64,000 bases of DNA. Source: Nitrosopumilaceae archaeon. GTDB taxonomy: Archaea > Thermoproteota > Nitrososphaeria > Nitrososphaerales > Nitrosopumilaceae. The notes beneath the pieces were generated by a model that was not told the origin of the DNA, did not search any database, and saw only the letters and a program-made list of their open reading frames with translations. A program made the translations under genes and the position numbers. The stretch spans positions 1,696,001 to 1,760,000 of the forward strand of contig OZ242274.1 of assembly GCA_965207375.1 (NCBI GenBank), read 5' to 3'. Shown piece after piece: positions 59,974 through 64,000 of the stretch. Position 1 is the first letter of the stretch; each line of letters begins with the position of its first letter.

Positions 59974-62214
59974 CTAATCTCGTATCCACATCATGTTATT
60001 TTCTATTAGAAATGCGGTACGAGAGTCTCCATCAGTATCATATATCGTCACAGGCTCTGCCAGATCATTAAACTCTTCATAGGCATACAAACCTGTAAAT
60101 GCACTATCACGCACTTGTTCCATTCTTTCAGTGTGCCACTCGTATTTTTTGGCAAATGCAGGACATATGCGGTCATCAACATTATTGCAAACAGGAGTAG
60201 CAGTTATCTCTGGGCCATCCACATAGTACCAAGTACCTGCAGCATTTTTGGTCCATGTGTGGCCAAACTGATCCTGCCAAATGTCAGCAAGTTTGTCAAT
60301 TCGAACAAGATGTATATGCACTGCATTATGTTGACTAGATGTTTTTAACACTCCTGCACTATCAGAGGGTGCAGTATTCATGCTAGGTCCATTAACCTGT
60401 AGGCCATCATTCATGTAATGAACTGCATTGTATCTGCTTGTATCAACTGCCTCTATCAAAAATGGCTCGTGATACATTTGTTCCCGAAATAGCAGCTCAG
60501 AGATTGTCAATACAACACACTGATTGGGGCTATTTAACATGCATTCTTCCATATCTACACTAAATGTTGCATCTGTACCAAGTATGTTGTTGGGGTCAAC
60601 ATACACTATATCATCTATCACATACGTAGAATCACTATAATTCATTGAAACATGTACAGTTATCATAGCTTCAGCACTACTAGAGGGTGAACCTACACCC
60701 TCAACACCAAACCCTATCTGAAAGTAATCGATTCCACGTTGTGAGTATGCCTTTAATGTAATATCGTGTGTTGTTCCAGTCATAATAGTATCACGCTTAT
60801 AATCAACATGATAATCAAGTACATCCCTACAAGTCCCATCCATCGAGTATCCGCATGAGACCTGTTGTAGTCCGGTCAGATATGAAACACCAAAGGTAGG
60901 CCTGCTCAAATGTTCCTTGTCAGAACCGTTACCCGTATCAGAGGTCATCAGAGGCACAAATCCCTTACCTGGCACATATGTTCCAAGATGCTGCCACAAA
61001 GAGTCCTCCATTCCCCACACAGAATAGCTTGACCCTTCAAGATCTCCAAACTCATTAAGGGCGATATCTCCTAGAGACCCCACATAGTCTGCGGCTGTAG
61101 GTCGTATCTGCGCCTTTACATCAGCAAATGTAGCACCGGACCCACCTGCATTCTCTATTGCAAGTCCAAGAACCCATATGGAATCATAGGAGGAATATGC
61201 ATACACACTTACCGGCTCTACCGGAAATTGTGCGTCAAGTCTTGACTTTAATCCATGGTATCTATCAGAGGTCGTATCTGCTGCAAATATACATGAACGA
61301 AAATTTGAATCGGTGAGAAACTCTAACAAATCAGGATCAGATACGTTATTTATGACAGAAACATTTGCATCAGATCCTACAAGCTGTATGTTGACGCTTC
61401 TGAGAACAGGATCTTGAGACGCCCTTTGTACAAAGTCTACAGTTTCACCAAATCCAATAAACAATATCACCAGATCATCAGCTGAGGTGCCAGATTGTAT
61501 TAGATCACTTACATGATCTGATAGTATCTTTACCTTATCATCAAATATTGGACCATAGCATCCAGGTAAGGAGCATTTTTCATATCCTCCTACAGTTGAG
61601 ACATCTGTTGTTCCTCCCAATTCCTCAAATGCTGCTATTGTGGTTTCTTGCAAACCCCTACCAAAGCTATCATTAAGATATATTGCTATCATGTGTTTCT
61701 TGCCTGCATCATACATCAGGTTTGCAATTACCGGACCATGATATGTGTCGTCAGGTGCCAGTCTAAACGCATTGTCATTAGATATTGCAAGTGATGGTGC
61801 AGTCGAACAGCAACTTATTGTCAACATGTCATTTGTATTAAGAAATGGAAGTATCGTACTAACACCTGCGCTTCTAGAAGGTCCAGAAAGATACTGTACA
61901 CCTTCATCGTAAAGTTCCTGTACTGCTGCAAGTGTTCCACTATTGCTTGCACTAGTATCTTTGGCAACAAGGTTCAGTCGCCACTGTGCACCTTTATCTT
62001 CTAAATACGCATTAAAGTCAGATATGGCAAGCTCGGTAGCAAAGGTTCTATGCTCACCTGCATTGTCTGCTCTTCCGGTTTGTGGAAGTAAAGCTCCAAT
62101 ATCAACAGATGTAGGATCGCTTTGTGCATAAACTGTCTGAAAAGACCCAAGGCCTAACAGAACAGATGAAAATAAGATCAAAAATACAACGTAACTAGAA
62201 TTATTTTTCAACAC
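59974..62214 (-). CDS. Secreted PBP1 (branched-chain amino acid-like) binding protein with uncharacterised C-terminal domain
   Basis: Signal peptide, IGALLPQTG, ISCCSTAPSL, FRLAPDD; C-terminal RPTFG domain. Confidence 0.85.
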   Translation of the reverse strand: MLKNNSSYVVFLILFSSVLLGLGSFQTVYAQSDPTSVDIGALLPQTGRADNAGEHRTFATELAISDFNAYLEDKGAQWRLNLVAKDTSASNSGTLAAVQELYDEGVQYLSGPSRSAGVSTILPFLNTNDMLTISCCSTAPSLAISNDNAFRLAPDDTYHGPVIANLMYDAGKKHMIAIYLNDSFGRGLQETTIAAFEELGGTTDVSTVGGYEKCSLPGCYGPIFDDKVKILSDHVSDLIQSGTSADDLVILFIGFGETVDFVQRASQDPVLRSVNIQLVGSDANVSVINNVSDPDLLEFLTDSNFRSCIFAADTTSDRYHGLKSRLDAQFPVEPVSVYAYSSYDSIWVLGLAIENAGGSGATFADVKAQIRPTAADYVGSLGDIALNEFGDLEGSSYSVWGMEDSLWQHLGTYVPGKGFVPLMTSDTGNGSDKEHLSRPTFGVSYLTGLQQVSCGYSMDGTCRDVLDYHVDYKRDTIMTGTTHDITLKAYSQRGIDYFQIGFGVEGVGSPSSSAEAMITVHVSMNYSDSTYVIDDIVYVDPNNILGTDATFSVDMEECMLNSPNQCVVLTISELLFREQMYHEPFLIEAVDTSRYNAVHYMNDGLQVNGPSMNTAPSDSAGVLKTSSQHNAVHIHLVRIDKLADIWQDQFGHTWTKNAAGTWYYVDGPEITATPVCNNVDDRICPAFAKKYEWHTERMEQVRDSAFTGLYAYEEFNDLAEPVTIYDTDGDSRTAFLIENNMMWIRD

Positions 62215-62268
62215 TAGAAAACATAATGAACTGATAAATAAATCTCATGTTTTTTGCAAATGCAATAA

Positions 62269-62297
62269 AATATTTCTAAATTCGAATTTTGAAACAT
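62269..62297. promoter_or_regulatory. Third copy of palindromic operator-like site
   Basis: aatatttctaaattcgaattttgaaacat, upstream of the gene starting at 62214. Confidence 0.55.
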
Positions 62298-62586
62298 ACA
62301 AAATAATTCATTTGCAACAAATAAAAAACACTGTAGACATATCACAAGTTTTAGAGAATAGCGATATTTTGAAAATGACAAAACGCCTTGTCCTGAACTA
62401 AGAGGTGGCCCCGAACTTTTGTTAATTTGGTTTACACTGTGCAATAAATTTTTGAATTTAATTGTAAGATTTCTAACCAAATTTGAAACAAAACAACTGC
62501 AAGTTTAATAAAGTCATGAAAATTAATCTGTTTGATTTTGTTTCGTGTTTTTTTGACAAATAAAATAACTGATTATCTATGGTGTG

Positions 62587-62991
62587 TTAACTAGTTGGTT
62601 TTAGCTCGGGCAAAACAAAGATTTTATCTGGTCTAATTTTTAGAATAATTCTTTTTTCTCCTACTTGTCTGAAAGGATAAGTGTCGCAGTTGAGATATTT
62701 CTTTGTTAGTAGGTCTGCGTGTTTGTATGTATAGTCTGGAATAATCTTAACTACTATTCCACGAATGGTAGTCATGTCTAATGGACAGTCATTATCCACG
62801 GCACAAACTGCAACTCTAGGATCACGCATGACGTTTTTGTGTTTGACTCTGCCCTCAGCGGTGTTTACTAGGATGTGACCGTCTTCATAGTTTGCCCATA
62901 CAGGAGATAGTTGCGGGGCACCGTCTTTCATCAACGTTGCAATGTAGACTAGGTTTTTTCCCTCAAAGAGATTAATTGCCTTTTGCTCCAT
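62587..62991 (-). CDS. PPOX-class putative F420-dependent oxidoreductase
   Basis: ATLMKDGAPQLSPVW, NTAEGRVKHKNVMRDPRVA motifs. Confidence 0.9.
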   Translation of the reverse strand: MEQKAINLFEGKNLVYIATLMKDGAPQLSPVWANYEDGHILVNTAEGRVKHKNVMRDPRVAVCAVDNDCPLDMTTIRGIVVKIIPDYTYKHADLLTKKYLNCDTYPFRQVGEKRIILKIRPDKIFVLPELKPTS

Positions 62992-63041
62992 ATCCTTTTC
63001 TCCAAATTATTCAAGTAGGTTTGAGCAATCTTTTGTGGACA

Positions 63042-63545
63042 TCATTCTTTGACCTGTTTGGGTTTTGGGTTTTCTAATATGTTGGTAACTGCCCTGTTCA
63101 TAATTTCCAACATCAGATATTGGGAATATCCATCATCGGATTTTTTGCTTTTTGGGGCAAGAGATTTTAGAATTTTTTCCATTTTTGTTGTAGTGCTTTG
63201 AATTTGTTTAGAGTATTTGAAATCAAAGTCTTTTGGAACATTATAGTCTAGTAATTTTATTGAGGTTCCGTAAAATTTTGTGACAGCTCCTCGCGTTTCT
63301 TCAATCTTTACAATCTCAATTAATCCAGTTACTTTTAAAATATCTAGATGATGCCGAATTGTGGTCAGTGCTTTTTTGTATCCGGTTTTTTTGAGTTCTT
63401 TAGATATCTGCTCTGCATTTAGTTGCCGGTGGTACAATAGCTCCAACATTTTTGCACGTGCCGGGTCTTCAATGGCACGGGCATGATCCACGCTAGTCGT
63501 GATTATTCTGTTTACCTTGATTGGTTTTTGTAACAGTGTTGACAT
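63042..63545 (-). CDS. ArsR-family winged-helix regulator
   Basis: RAIEDPARAKMLELL, TTIRHHLDILK motifs. Confidence 0.9.
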   Translation of the reverse strand: MSTLLQKPIKVNRIITTSVDHARAIEDPARAKMLELLYHRQLNAEQISKELKKTGYKKALTTIRHHLDILKVTGLIEIVKIEETRGAVTKFYGTSIKLLDYNVPKDFDFKYSKQIQSTTTKMEKILKSLAPKSKKSDDGYSQYLMLEIMNRAVTNILENPKPKQVKE

Positions 63546-63878
63546 GATGAATCTTTACAGACCAAGCTAAAAGATCATTGTATCATATTTTTTTGTCTAA
63601 TCGCATTAATTTTTTTCTGTTATGATAATTATGGTAAAGATACAATATGTTTAGTACCATTACGATATTTTTTGTAACTACTATGAAAAATATAATAGTA
63701 CAACTAACTATTTGATAATAGTCTAATTATTATACCACCAATATGATTAAAATAGTAATAAAACTAGAAAAATAAAAAATTACAAAAAAATGCCAACATC
63801 TGAGGATATCATTCAAAACAAGGACAAAGTGTGCCAAAACAGCAAAACAGGCCCTAGGCCTCAAAAGTAAAATTCGAG

Positions 63879-64000
63879 TTATAGTGACTGGCCTGTTATA
63901 TTTTCAAAGGCCTCAGCATATCTACGAGTCATTTTCTCAACAATAGAAGGTGGGATTTGGGGCGGGGTTGGTTTTTTGCCTGCATTACGGTCAATATCAA
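63879..64000 (-). CDS. purC: 3' end of probable SAICAR synthetase
   Basis: Manual translation DIDRNAGKKPTPPQIPPSIVEKMTRRYAEAFENITGQSL* resembles the PurC C-terminus. Confidence 0.65.
   Translation of the reverse strand, partial: DIDRNAGKKPTPPQIPPSIVEKMTRRYAEAFENITGQSL

Noticed and set aside
3092-62480. Numerous short ORFs overlapping longer genes on the opposite strand or in another frame
   Set aside because: Shadow ORFs with no motifs

Overview
AT-rich archaeal chromosome segment, most consistent with an ammonia-oxidising archaeon of the Nitrosopumilaceae (CFI-box-CTERM protein, DUF2299, thaumarchaeal PBP/SBP fusions, archaeal tRNAs). Large mosaic surface proteins and TPR proteins suggest a host-associated, possibly sponge-symbiont, lineage (inference). 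Main content: a complete type I-G (I-U) CRISPR-Cas locus (cas4/1, cas2, 38 repeats/37 spacers, csb1/cas7, csb2, cas3, short cas8g); tRNA-Pro(CGG) and tRNA-Gly(CCC); a PAS kinase/receiver pair; hicBA; giant substrate-binding and Cache-domain proteins; a UvrD-PD-(D/E)XK helicase-nuclease followed by a TPR/HEPN/pRiA4b/AAA accessory cluster; and a dense nested mobilome (two IS66 with 8-bp TSDs, IS66 MITEs, IS6-like, IS5 split by IS66, an IS1111-type IS110 element, a 3-copy ~92-bp MITE-like repeat). Best novelty candidate: an archaeal IS1111-type element with a predicted bridge/seek RNA upstream of the recombinase, whose putative guides match its own donor junction and its insertion site inside the dispersed ~92-bp repeat. 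Other highlights: a poly-C switch in a surface-protein signal peptide, a cas3 lacking a canonical start codon, two spacers encoding the same peptide with different codons, and a shared palindromic operator. All calls are by eye; no searches were run.
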